The notes beneath the pieces were generated by a model. It made no database searches and had not been told where the DNA came from. It worked only from the letters and a program-made list of their open reading frames with translations. A stretch of DNA of 64,000 nucleotides from Fimbriosthenelais zetlandica (Eukaryota), in the NCBI GenBank assembly GCA_977030845.1, contig OZ365110.1:32240001-32304000 (forward strand). Reading direction: 5' to 3'. A program made the position numbers and the translations under genes. This document shows, one piece after another, positions 13,458 to 26,059 of the stretch (position 1 is the stretch's first letter; each line of letters starts with the position of its first letter).

Positions 13458-15802
13458 ATGGATAAGTTTGACCATGATAATTTTGAAGCTGGCGATGCAT
13501 CTGTTGCGAGTCCAATCCCATCAGGACCACCGCCGCCATTTTATGACAACCCAGGTGGTCATCCCAGCTCCGGGTTTGGCTATAACCAAAGTCCATCAAT
13601 ACCTCTCACCCAACCAGTAGTGCAGCAACCGGTAAGTTCGTCAACCTACCAATTCAACCAAATCAATTCCTAAACATGATACCGGTACCGGTAAGTCGCA
13701 GGGGATTAAAACGATTTTTATTGTTTGTCGTTGAAAACATTGTCATAGCATTAGCATTAGCAGCTGGCATGTCGTTAAATCACCATTCATTCATTCATTC
13801 ATTCATTCATTCATTCATTCTGTTCATTCATTCTGTTCATTCATTCGTTCATTCATGAAAAAAGAACATGTACCGAGTATTGTGGTTAATTTTCATCTTT
13901 GAGTTGAGCATAATTTTGAATTTCTGGCCTTAATTGTTATCCTGATAATGGCTAGAAATATCCTTGAATTTGGGCTGTGAAGTGCTTAAGAAATTCTTGA
14001 AAATTGTTTAAAATACTGCCTTGCCCAGCCTTGCCCTATCACTCTCAATCATAACTCCCATCCTCATCTCACATACACTCATAATCACCCACAACAAACC
14101 ATTACCATTAACCCACAATCCATCACTACTCAAAACTTAAACTTTAATACTAACAATCTCAACCTTTCTACTAACCCACTCAAAGCACCTCCCTCTTTAG
14201 TATTTAAATATCCTAAATAAATAAAAAAATTATTAGGCCTATAGAAATGTCATGGGCGCCCTGTGAATATATCCATGACCATCAAGGGATTTCATCCTCG
14301 TTTCCGTACCTTAGTTAATGTTGGATATTTTATAATTTGTTTTTTTATTCTGTGTTGCAGGCCTCGACTCACACCACTGTGGTGATCCAGCAGCAGCCCC
14401 AGATCATAATGTCACATGGACGGAACTGGAACTCCGGTCTGTGTGGCTGCTGCAGTGACTGTGAATCGTGTATGTAACCTACTTTGCTTTTTGTGTCTAT
14501 TGCTTGTTTGTGTTCCATAGTATGTCCGCGGTTTTAAAACTGGTTCTTATTATACAGGGCAATATTACAGAAGCACAGTCATATACATTTACATAGGTAT
14601 ATACCCATTGCAAATATACCCATTGCAAATAATTAATTAAATAATGAAATATTTTGATATATCTCACTTCGCTTAGAAATGTACTTATTATACATAGATA
14701 GAACTGACCGACTTGATGTTACTATTTCCAGGCTGCTGTACTTTGTTCTGCATGTCTTGCTACCTCTGCAGTATATCAAGTGAGATGGGAGAAGGCCTCT
14801 GTATGCCATGCTGCATACCCTATATAGGCGCCATCGCCATGCTCCGCCAGAAACTGAGAATGCAGGAAAAAATCCATGTAAGTAAGCCTACCATACTTAA
14901 TTCACTCCTGGAGTAAGCCAGGATCATTTTTTTAAATGTGTGATGAATTTTGGAAATTGTTGAAATTTTGCACTTTCCCCTCCTCTAAAAAATGCTCCCC
15001 TACCCTCGAGTCCACCTCCTTACCAAGTTGTCGGACTTCCGAGATGGTCACCCACGGATTCGCACCCACTACCCTTGAACCACGAGGCGAGCTCCTTACC
15101 CAGTCGTCCCAGATAGTCACCCACTGGTTCGAAGCGCCCCCCACCCTCGACACCCGAGTCCACGTCGTTAACCAGTCGACCAAGATGGTTACCTAGAAAT
15201 TCCAACCCCCTACCCTCTACATCGGAGTCCCCCTCTGTAGCCAGACTGACTCCTCCAAGATGGTCACCCACAGATTGTTTCCTGCTAGCTTAGACCTAAG
15301 ATAACGAAAACTGTTGAGTGAACTTGGAATGTTGAGTTTGAGTTTAAGAAATTTTATTCACGAGACAATAGAATTACAGTACCCGCAATTATACAATTTT
15401 ATACCAAAGTGAATAGGAGCTGCATCTCAGCGGCGTTGGTTTCCATCTGCAGACCTTGAAAAACCCTATCGGAAATCAATTTCTATAATTAAAACCTGGG
15501 AAAGGCGTATCAGCAACACAATGAAACCTAGTAAATAACAACAGAGGAAACTAACATAATAACACCCATTAACTTAATCAACTAGAGGTAAATGTTGGAA
15601 CATATTTCCTATAAGTTGTCAAATGTTGAATGGAAATATTTATTATTCACCCATTCTTTCTCATTGTCGTTTTCAGGGCAGTATCCGTGATGACTGGCAC
15701 ACTGCCTGCTGCTGCGGCCCTTGTGCCCTCTGTCAGCTGAAACGGGAACTGGACTACTCCCGCTGCCGCCTCGACGCTTACAACCAGCTCCACAATGCCT
15801 AA
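13458..15802 (+). CDS. PLAC8/cornifelin-family Cys-rich protein (184 aa)
   Basis: Exons 13458-13631, 14361-14469, 14732-14877 and 15677-15802 with phases 0,1,0. Pro/Gln-rich N-terminus, then WNSGLCGCCSDCESCCCTLFC...LRQKLR...GSIRDDWHTACCCGPCALCQLKREL, the PLAC8 motif. Confidence 0.92.
13792..13856. repeat. (TCAT)n microsatellite
   Basis: Seen directly in intron 1 of the PLAC8-like gene. Confidence 0.9.
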
Positions 15803-16604
15803 AGGGTGAACATTATTTTAAAAAACAGGCATAGAGACGATCTACTTGACTTGGTTTGATCGGTTTGACCTTGTATGGTCCAATTTTTTTAAAACTACGG
15901 TTTAACCGGTGATAGAGATGGATGACTTTCAAAGATTTGGCATCGTATTTTCCGTGACTTAATGTATAAAAAACATTATAATGTCTTATTATGTTCCCGT
16001 TTGACGTTACATGGTCCAATTTTTTTTAAACAAGGTTTTAACCGGTGATAGAGAAAGTGATATAAGATATAAAAAACGTTCATGTGAGATTTTTGAATTT
16101 CAAAAACTCGCATACATGCTTGAATAATACTTGAAAGATAAGGGTCCAAGGAGGATATAATATTTCCAGGTATTAAAACGATCCATGTTCGGTATTAAAA
16201 ACTCTGGTAAATGGTATTTGAAACATTCCGGATTCCCTCCATGAACAGACTATTGGTATGTAATTTTGCCGTATGAAAATATGCGCATTTTTACTGTGAT
16301 CATATATTTTTGTATACCATATATACCGTAACGAATTTTGAAGGTGTTTGGGTTTCTGCTCATTGAAAAATTTTATTTGAATAATTTAGGATTCCTATCA
16401 TGGCCTGACGAGCGCTTATATAATTGGTATATATATATTATTTTTACTGTGAGAAAAGGTGCTATTTTTGAGGTTATATACATTTTGTATACCATATATG
16501 ACGGACTTTGTAGGTGTTTGGGTTTCTGCTTTGATTTACTACTGATTCTTTGGTTGTTTCTATAGAAGTTTCTATAGCTGTCTTTCTGTATAAGATTTAA
16601 CTAC

Positions 16605-16800
16605 GGTCTACCATTCTGTAGATGATTCGTTAGCTCCTATTCTGTATTACATTATTTAGCCGTCTTTCTGTAGAAAATTCTTTGGCTGCCACTTCTTAGA
16701 AGATTGTTTAGCTGCCATTCTTTAGAAGATTCTTTAGACGACATTTTTAGCTGCCATTCTGTAGTTGATTTTTAGTTGCCATTCTGTAGTTGATTCTAAC
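16605..16800. repeat. Degenerate ~30-bp tandem repeat
   Basis: Recurring AGCTGCCATTCTGTAGAAGATT-like units. Confidence 0.65.
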
Positions 16801-18264
16801 TACTGCTAACTTCACATTTGATACTATTATATTTCATACGTAGAATATACATGTAGGCCTATATTGATATATGATTCTCGTGTCTGGGATATTACACAAC
16901 ATTGATCTTATTTTTGTCTATTCTGGTATTTAATGTGTCTAGTTCGTATGATATTGTAACCAGAGTTTATGGATCATTCAGATGCATAATAGACAGTTGA
17001 TGTGAATAGTGATTGTATGACTGTACTTTACTGTGTAAGGATCTCAACGGAAGTTATAGGTAGGCTTCTGGTAGATCAGATGATGATCCTGACAGGTACT
17101 TTTGTAATTTTTATCAAATATTTTCAAAACAAAATTGCTCTTTGTTGTTATACTATTATTTACAACAGCAAAAAACCAAACGGAATATTTATAATTTACA
17201 TTATTATATTGATTTCCATAATAGTTGTAGCAAATGGAGCTTGCCGTCTTCGAAATGCAAAGAACTTTAACCTACTTAGCTTAAATACCGTCAGCCGTCA
17301 CACTCCGATGCACAGGCCTTTAGTCACTCTGGATCAAAGTGTAATAATACCCAATATTTAATACAATGGGATATATTTTAAATCTTTTATTGACTAAAAT
17401 TGACAATGTAACAGTTATATATAAAGTTACAGCGACAGTTATGGTTACATCTTAAATCATACAAGAAGTATTAATAATATTTGCTCTATATATAAATATT
17501 ATGCACTCTGGAATAGAAAGTTATCGTACAAGGTCTATACCTATTACATTTCTGAGAAATTTTCCGTTTTCTTTATTGGAAACATAATGTGTATATATCT
17601 TGATATAAATATGGATGTAGTGCAATAAGCATCTTAAGGTGCAATAAGCATCTGGTGACACCTAGTGGCCACTAGGTGACCACCTGTGTCCACCGTGGCA
17701 GTGCCTCCCACTCCACCTCCCTCCCTCACCTGTCTCACTCTGGTGTCGACTTTGTGAGGCATGCCAGGAAAATGATTTAGCCAAACGCGTTATTTTGCCA
17801 CCAACGAGTTTAGAAAACGTTCTATACTCGCTCTTGCCATATATAATTATACAGATAATAGGATGTTTCCTCAGATGTGAGATTCGGGTGTTCGATCGAC
17901 CCCCGAAAGTTTAGTTAAAAATCGATGTACTGGTAGGCCTATGCAACTATTTTACATAAGGCCTACACTTTGGAAGATCCACCAACAGGACGTTTATGGA
18001 TTTAATACTGACCATTTCAACGATTTATAGGCCTATTACAAGTTGATGATGAATATGCGTTTTCATCAGGTATTTGAAAACTTCAAAAACCCAAAACTGG
18101 CAATGACACTGACGAGACCGGATGGATGCCAAAAAGGAAGCGTGCACCTATATCATGCTAAGTTTTGGTAAAATTCCCAGCTGTTTTAAGTGTGAAAATC
18201 GGTATTTATTTCCACTTGTTCCAGTCAAAAATTGGTTGAGTGAAGTTCTTTTTTAAAAATATCA

Positions 18265-18336
18265 TGACGCGGACGTGATTCGAACAGGCAAACTTCTGAT
18301 CTGGAGTCAGACGTGTTACCGTTGCACCACGGAGCC
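18265..18336 (-). pseudogene. tRNA-Trp(CCA)-like, probably a pseudogene
   Basis: D, anticodon (CTCCAGA) and T arms resemble eukaryotic tRNA-Trp. The acceptor stem has two mismatches. Confidence 0.7.
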
Positions 18337-18375
18337 AGTTGACCTACTCTTATCTAGTATAAATACATTGAAATA

Positions 18376-20300
18376 GGTACTGCCCATAGGGTCCAATGTT
18401 AAAAATTAATTAGCCCCCCGGACCCCTTCCCAGCCCCCAACCTCCACCCGGACCCCCATGTTCACTCCCGGCATCCACACCAACTCCATCCAAAAAAATC
18501 AGCCCGATTCTATGCGTTTAACCTGTCTAAATCCTTCGAATTCAGCAAAAGTGTCCCCTCCATAGGCCCAATGTTAAAAATCACTCACGATTACAGGAAT
18601 GTGTGCTACAGAGCCGGTTTCCCTGTCTGCTACAATCGACCCTTTCTCTACTTAATATTTGTTATTTTCACTCAAAACCAGGGGTATGTTTGTATTATGA
18701 CTTCTACTGACAAATATGAAAAGAGCAGAGACGTAAAACGAGGATAACACCGATTTCTGCGAAGTTGACAAATCGGTCTTGCGTATACAGGCATATAATT
18801 TGGCCTTTTAAAAACCTTAACAGCGCCCTCTCACTAAAAGTCGAAAAAGTTGAATATCTTTGTAAATAATGGGTCTAAAATTACAATTCAAACGGATTAT
18901 TCTTAGTTGGAAGCACCTCCAGGTATCTATGAGGTTTTCGAGCATCTACAATTAATTTAAAATTTCGATTTTCCAGAATGGAGTCAATTTGAGGTCTACA
19001 GCATTGATCTCTATGGAAGGAGCAAGTCAGGACGATGAAGCGACCCGAGATTTGCAGCGGCAAAAAGGTGAACTACACTACTATGATCCAGCACTGTAGG
19101 CCTAATTACAAACCTCGCCTCCTCGCCTCACCGGGACAGAACTCCGTCTATGATCTAGCCAACGATGAGCGCACTCTATACACCTGACGAGAGAAGGGGG
19201 TGGGGAGAGAGAGAGAATAAAAAAAGGATAAAAGTCCATGCTATTTGCCTACTATTTTCTTTGGGGGAGGAGGGAGGGGCCCCAAATTAACCTGTAAATG
19301 CGTAGAATTTTACCATGTTCTCCATGGCAAACAAGTAGATCTACCCCCATTTTTGAACGCCAGAACCTTATCCTAACTCCCAACCCCTCCCACCCGCACA
19401 GAAAATATATTGCCCGTAGGCCTACATTCCTAAAAGTTAATTTTACTTAGTCCCCGCCTTGCTCTGCATGCCCCCATCCTTAATCCCACCGTCGATCTCA
19501 CCCACTCCCCATTATGATACATCTAATCCCACCTCACTCTTATGTAGCCAAGAGTTGGGTCCATTGGTAAACCTATCATTGACAATACCAAGCTAGTTCC
19601 ACTTTTGGCCGCTCCATATCTCGGGTCCCTAGTGTCGTCCTAACTTGCTCCCTCCATAGAGATCAATGCTATAGACCTCAAATTGACTCCATTCTGAACA
19701 ATCGAAATTTTAAATTAATTGTAGATGCTCGAAAACCTCATAGATAGGCCTACCTGGATGTGCTTCCAACTAAGAATAATCCGTTTGAATTGTAATTTTA
19801 GACCCAATATTTACAAAGATATTCAACCTTTTCGACTTTTAGTGAGAGGGCGCTGTTAAGGTTTTTAAAAGGCCAAATTATAGGCCTGTATACGCAAGGC
19901 CGATTTGTCAACTTCGCAGAAATCGGTGTTATCCTCGTTTTACGTCTCTGCACTTTTCATATTAGTCAGTAGAAGTCATAATACAAACATACCCCTGGTT
20001 TTGAGTGAAAATAACAAATATTAAGTAGAGAAAGGGTCGATTGTAGCAAACTGGGAAACCGGCTTAGTAGCACACATTCCTGTAATCGTGAGTGATTTTT
20101 AACATTGGGCCTATGGAGGGGACACTTTTGCTCATTTCGAAGGATTTAGACAGGTTAAAAGCATAGAATCGGGCTGATTTTTTTGGAGGGAGTTAGTGTG
20201 GATGCCGGGGGTGAACATGGGGGTCAGGGTAAAGGTTGGGGTCCGGGGAGGGGTCCGGGGGGCTAATTAATTTTTAACATTGGAGCCTATGGGAAGTACC
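18376..20300. mobile_element. Foldback / long-TIR non-autonomous element, copy A
   Basis: ~700-bp inverted arms (18376-~19078 and ~19595-20300) around a ~515-bp spacer. Ends GGTACTGCCCATAGG...CCTATGGGAAGTACC, flanked by TA on both sides. Confidence 0.75.
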
Positions 20301-20821
20301 TACACAGTGGGCTATTCCGCTAGATTTTGAGAGGTTAGCCGTTTCAAATCGGGCTGGTGTTTTTGAAGGGAGTTGGTTGGGGTGTTGGGGGTAGACATAG
20401 GTGTGGGGATGGGCATTGGGGGCCAGGGAGGATCCAGGGGGCAAAATGATTTTAAACATTGTGATTTAGCCTTGTCCGGGGCGGTTCAGGCTAAATTAGA
20501 GGGTGCGGACGGCCCAGACAGCTTAGAGGTAAGACACTGGCCTTGAGCGCGAGGGACCGGGGTTCGATTCCCAGTCTCTTAAGTCACTTTTCGCTGCTCC
20601 GTGTATGGCTACAAATTTACACGGCTTCAGAGTCGGCCAATTGATTTGGTCTTTGCTTTTTCGTTTGAGTTACCGAGGGGAGCAGTGGGGGCTGAATTCT
20701 TTTTGTCAACACTGATCGGAGGCAAATCCGATGCATTTGTGATAGAAAGCCTCCGAGAACCTCCCCAACCGAGGAGGCTTTCGAGCTTATTCTACTGCCC
20801 AGACACATCTGAATCATAGCC

Positions 20822-20902
20822 GTTTCAGTGGCCGAATGGATAAGGTGTTGGACTCCCATTTAGAGGGTCACACCAATATGGGTTCGAAACCCACACAAGT
20901 CA
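20822..20902 (+). pseudogene. Degenerate tRNA-like sequence with a long extra arm
   Basis: A-box (TGGCCGAATGG), B-box (GGTTCGAAACC) and an extra hairpin GGT-CAC-ACC. The anticodon stem pairs poorly. Confidence 0.45.
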
Positions 20903-21278
20903 AGATTTTTCCATTTCAAATTCAATATATCTCCTCCGGAGGATTATGAAAATAAACCTCCGAGACTTGACAATAAACCTCCGAGACTTGGAAATAAACC
21001 TCCGCGAGGAGAATATGGAGGTAAACCTCCGGAAAGAACAAAGGAAAAAATGTCGGGCGTAGGATAAAGATGAGTTAGGCCTAGTAGTAGGCCTATTGAT
21101 TGGTATTGGGGGTAGGAGATGGGTTAAACAATTTCTATAGGCCCTAGCTGCCTTGCTGTTCTCCTGATAGAGGAGAGGATTTTTTCGAATAGTTAGAATA
21201 ACCAATAGTCTACAATGTGAAAAATATGTGCCTACATGGCCTACAGCTGGTTGAGTGAATTTCTTTAAAAAAACCATT

Positions 21279-21349
21279 TTACCGGACGGGATTTGAACAG
21301 GCAAACTTCTGATCTGGAATCAGACGCGTTACCGTTGCACCACGGAGTC
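21279..21349 (-). pseudogene. tRNA-Trp(CCA)-like, second copy
   Basis: Paralogue of the 18265 copy within the tandem duplication; its 3' acceptor strand is disrupted. Confidence 0.65.
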
Positions 21350-21395
21350 AGTTGACCTACCGGATACTCCCATCTAGTGTAAATACATTGAAATA

Positions 21396-23303
21396 GGTAC
21401 TGCCTATATGGTCCGATGTTAAAATTAATGAGCCCCCCGGACCCCTTCCCAGCCCCCAACCTACACCCCGACCCCAATGTTCACTACCTGCATCCACACC
21501 AACTCCCTCCAAAAAATTCAGCCCGATTATATGCGTTTAACCTGTCTAAATCCTTCGAATTCAGCAAAAGTGTCCCCTCCATAGGCCCAATGTTAAATAT
21601 CACTCACGATTACAGGAATGTGTGCTACAGAGCCGGTTTCCCTGTCTGCTACAATCGACCCTTTCTCTACTTAATATTTGTTATTTTCACTCAAAACCAG
21701 GGGTATGTTTGTATTATGACATCTACTGACTAATATGAAAAGTGCAGAGACGTAAAACGAGGATAACACCGATTTCTACGAAGTTGACAAATCGGTCTTG
21801 CGTATACAGGCCTATAATTTGGCCTTTTAAAAACCTTAACAGCGCCCTCTCACTAAAAGTCGAAAAAGTTGAATATCTTTGTAAATAATGGGTCTAAAAT
21901 TACAATTCAAACGGATTATTCTTAGTTGGGAGCATCTCCAGGTATCTATGAGGTCTTTGAGCATCTATAATTAATTTAAAATTTCGATTTTCCAGAATGG
22001 AGTCAATTTGAGGTCTACAGCATTGATCTCTATGGAAGGAGCAAGTCAGGACGATGAAGCGACCCGAGATTTGCAGCGGCAAAAAGGTGAACTACACTAC
22101 TATGATCCAGCACTGTAATTACAAACCTCGCCTCCTCGCCTCACCGGGACAGAACTCCGTCTATGATCTAGCCAACGATGAGCGCACTCTATACACCTGA
22201 CGAGAGAAGGGGGTGGCGAGAGAGAGAGAGAATAAAAAAGAAGATAAAAGTTAATGCTATTTGCCTACTATTTTCTTTGGGGAGGAGGGAGGGGCCCCAA
22301 ATTAACCTGTAAATGCGTAGAATTTTACCATGTTCTCCATGACAAACAAGTACCCTCATTTTTGAAACCCAGAACCTTATCTTAACTCCCAACCCCTCCC
22401 ACCCGCACAGAAAATATATTGCCCGTAGGCCTACATTCCTAAAAGTTAATTTTACCTAGTCCCCGCCTTGCTCTGCCCCCATCCTTAGCCTAATCCCACC
22501 GCCGATCTCACCCACTCCCCATTATGATACATCTAATCCCACCTCACTCTTATGTAGCCAAGAGTTGGGTCCATTGGTAAACCTATCATTGACAATACCA
22601 AGCTAGTTCCACTTTTTGCCGCTGAAAATCTCGGGTCGCTTCATCGTCCTGACTTGCTCCTTCCATAGAGATCAATGCTGTAGACCTCAAATTGACTCCA
22701 TTCTGAAAAATCGAAATTTTAAATTAACTGTAGATGCTCGAAAACCTCATAGACACCTGCAGATGCTTCCAACTAAGAATAATCCGTTTGAATTGTAATT
22801 TTAGACCCAATATTTACAAAGATATTCAACTTTTTCGACTTTTAGTGAGAGGGCGCTGTTAAGGTTTTTAAAAGGCCAAATTATAGGCCTGTATACGCAA
22901 GGCCGATTTGTCAACTTCGCAGAAATCGGTGTTATCCTCGGTTTACGTCTCTGCACTTTTCATATTAGTCAGTAGAGGTCATAATACAAACATACCCCTG
23001 GTTTTGAGTGAAAATAACAAATATTAAGTAGAGAAAGGGTCGATTGTAGCAAACTGGGAAACCGGCTCAGTAGCACACATTCCTGTAATCGTGAGTGATT
23101 TTTAACATTGGGCCTATGGAGGGGACACTTTTGCTCATTTCGAAGGATTTAGACAGGTTAAAAGCATAGAATCGGGCTGAATTTTTTGGAGGGAGTTGGT
23201 GTGGATGCCGGGGGTGAACATGGGGGTCAGGGTAAAGGTTGGGGGCCGGGGAGGGGTCCGGGGGGCTAATTAATTTTTAACATTGGAGCCTATGGGAAGT
23301 ACC
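21396..23303. mobile_element. Foldback / long-TIR non-autonomous element, copy B
   Basis: Same arms, spacer and flanks as copy A. Confidence 0.75.
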
Positions 23304-26059
23304 TACACAGTGGGCTATTCCGCTAGATTTTGAGAGGTTAGCCGTTTCAAATCGGGCTGGTGTTTTTGAAGGGAGTTGGTTGGGGTGCTGGGGGTAGACA
23401 TAGGTGTGGGGATGGGCATTGGGGGCCAGGGAGGATCCGGGGGGCAAAATGATTTTAAACATTGTGATTTAGCCTTGTCCGGGGCGGTTCAGGCTAAATT
23501 CGAGCGTGTGGACGGCATTGACCACTCACCCAGACAGCTTAGAGGTAAGACACTGGCCTTGAGCGCGAGGGACCGGGGTTCGATTCCCAGACTCGTAAAT
23601 CACTTTTCGCTGCTCCCTGTATGGCTACAAATTTACACGGCTTCAGAGTCGGCCAATTGAATGGGTCTTTGCTTTTTTCGTTTGAGTTACCGAGGGGAGC
23701 AGTGGGGGCTGAATTCTTTTTGTCAACACTGATCGGAGGCAAATCCGATGCATTTAGATGAGTTAGGCCTAGTAGTAGGCCTATTGATTGGTATTGGGGG
23801 TAGGAGATGGGTTAAACAATTTCTATAGGCCCTAGCTGCCTTGCTGTTCTCCTGATAGAGGAGAGGATTTTTTTCGAATACATGTAGTTAGAATAACCAA
23901 TAGTCTACCAATGTGAAAAATATGTGCCTACATGACCTACAGCTGTGCGAAATTAGATGTGCCTTAGTAAGTCACTGTGCCAGTTTAACTCAATTTTTGT
24001 AGAGCCATGACTCTGAAAAAGAAGGTGCCTCAGTTGTAAATGAGAACAGAGGTGTATACCAATCTGAAAAATATGTGCCTACATGGCCTACAGCTGTGCG
24101 AAATTAGAGGTGCCTGGTTGGTGCCTTAGTAAGGCACTGTGCCTGCTTAAGTCAATTATTTGTCGAGCCGTGGACCACGAAGAAGATAATTATTATGGAG
24201 ATGTGTGGTCTAAAAGTTAGTCTTCCGCTTGACCTAGTAAAAAAGACAAACTCACTCGGACTGAATGAAAATTTATTTGATACAAATGTCAATGTTATAC
24301 TCTCACCTCCAATCAGATCATATTTCAGAAAGTTGTCTGTAAAATCTTTGTAGACGAAAATTGTGTACAACTGTCCACTAAATACATATAATAAATAAGC
24401 GATATTTCTGGCAAATCTTGTGTAGAAACTATGGGAATTTAATTATATTTTTAGATTTATATCTAACAAGTTGTAGAGTTAATAGACTAGCGGGTATGTG
24501 TTAATTTTATATGAAAATATTGCTATAATTAATAGGGATAGTGAGTTCAAAAACAATAAGACAGTTCGCGCAAAATATCCAAGTGTATGCAACGCATATA
24601 TATATATACAAATACACAACACATTATATGTACATTTATAAATATAAGCGAGGTTAAAACGGTCAAATATACTGTGATACATTTAGCACATTACTTCAAG
24701 AGTTTATCTTTACAATGTATTCACAAAACGTCAATCCCACGGAGTTAGATTTAAAATATACGTAATCATGGATCATAAGGTAAGCATTCCACACAACACT
24801 CATGCCTTCGTTAAGTTGAAACGTTTGCTTTTCTAGATGAAAATCATGATCAGTTAAGAGGTATATCAAAAGATGCATGGTGCCTATAGGGTACATGTAT
24901 ATACATGTATGTAACAGGCCACTATTATTATAGCCCGTTGTACAACAATGTTTTAGCCTAATAGTTTGGTTGTACAAGGTTTAATGGATCTCAAGCATGA
25001 AGAGACAATATACAATCTCCGGGGGACTGGGTGTGCAGGAGACTAGATCAGTCTGCAGGAGACTGATCTAGTCTGCAGGAGACTGGATTCAGTTCGCGCA
25101 TACAATTAACTTGAGATATCTAATCGGGATCATAATCTAATCCGTAGGAGACTGGCACCAAATTCACATAGAGTAATACTTTGTCAAAACGTTAATCTCA
25201 AAATGGATGTAAATGTATTGTTATTTTAATGCCCATGTTATTTGGATTCAGCGGATCTGGGGTTAGTTTCACAATACACTTCAGTATGGATTTATGAACG
25301 CGGCCCAGCGAGAATGCATGACCTTAGGTGACTGCACAACAGTTTGAAATTTTACAAGTGAATTTTTTAAAAATCGATACACTATACATGTATATTCGTC
25401 ACACATAGCTTTGAACATCTACATACAGAATTTATATACACCTATGATTTAATGGCTAAGCAAAATTAATTAAACTAGCATCTAGGACAACAGAGATTGA
25501 AAATACTCATTTAGCACTTGATTACAGAAAAGAAGCATTGCTTAATTGTGCAATGCCATGGAAACCTACCTAACTTTTGAATTAAGTGAATTTAGCACAA
25601 GCGCTATTTCAACATATACCCGAAGTTCAGAAGAGTAAATCTCAAGTATACACATGTCAATTAGACTACCATATTCACATTCCTTTCTTATTCATAAATA
25701 TTTCTCAGGGAATCTAGAACCATATCAGATTGTAACTTTAAAGTTTAAAGAAACCGACTTAATTAAGTAATCTAACATGGATTAGAACAACCCTACGATA
25801 ACCCACAAATAAATTATCAACAATGCTTTTTGTGCATATAATTATGATATATTATATATTATATTCAATATAATTATGTATTGAAATACATCGTGGAATT
25901 CCCTGCAATTTCTTTCCCCCAATATCCAATTGCATATTGTTATTGCCGTTTAATGAACACATCTACTGTTCAGGCAGTTTCTCCTGTAGTTTTGGTAGCG
26001 CTCCTTCAGTACGAGAATGGAGCAGGGCCTCCTCTCATCAGGGGATTTATACATACTTT

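Larger units (their letters stand above)
18240..23945. repeat. ~3-kb tandem segmental duplication (2 units)
   Basis: The tRNA-Trp-like sequence, the foldback element and its downstream flank recur with an offset of ~3.0 kb. Confidence 0.85.

Noticed and set aside
18881-22798. Repeated 60-aa ORFs (MPLQISGRF...)
   Set aside because: They sit in the foldback arms, have non-ATG starts and show no transposase motifs.
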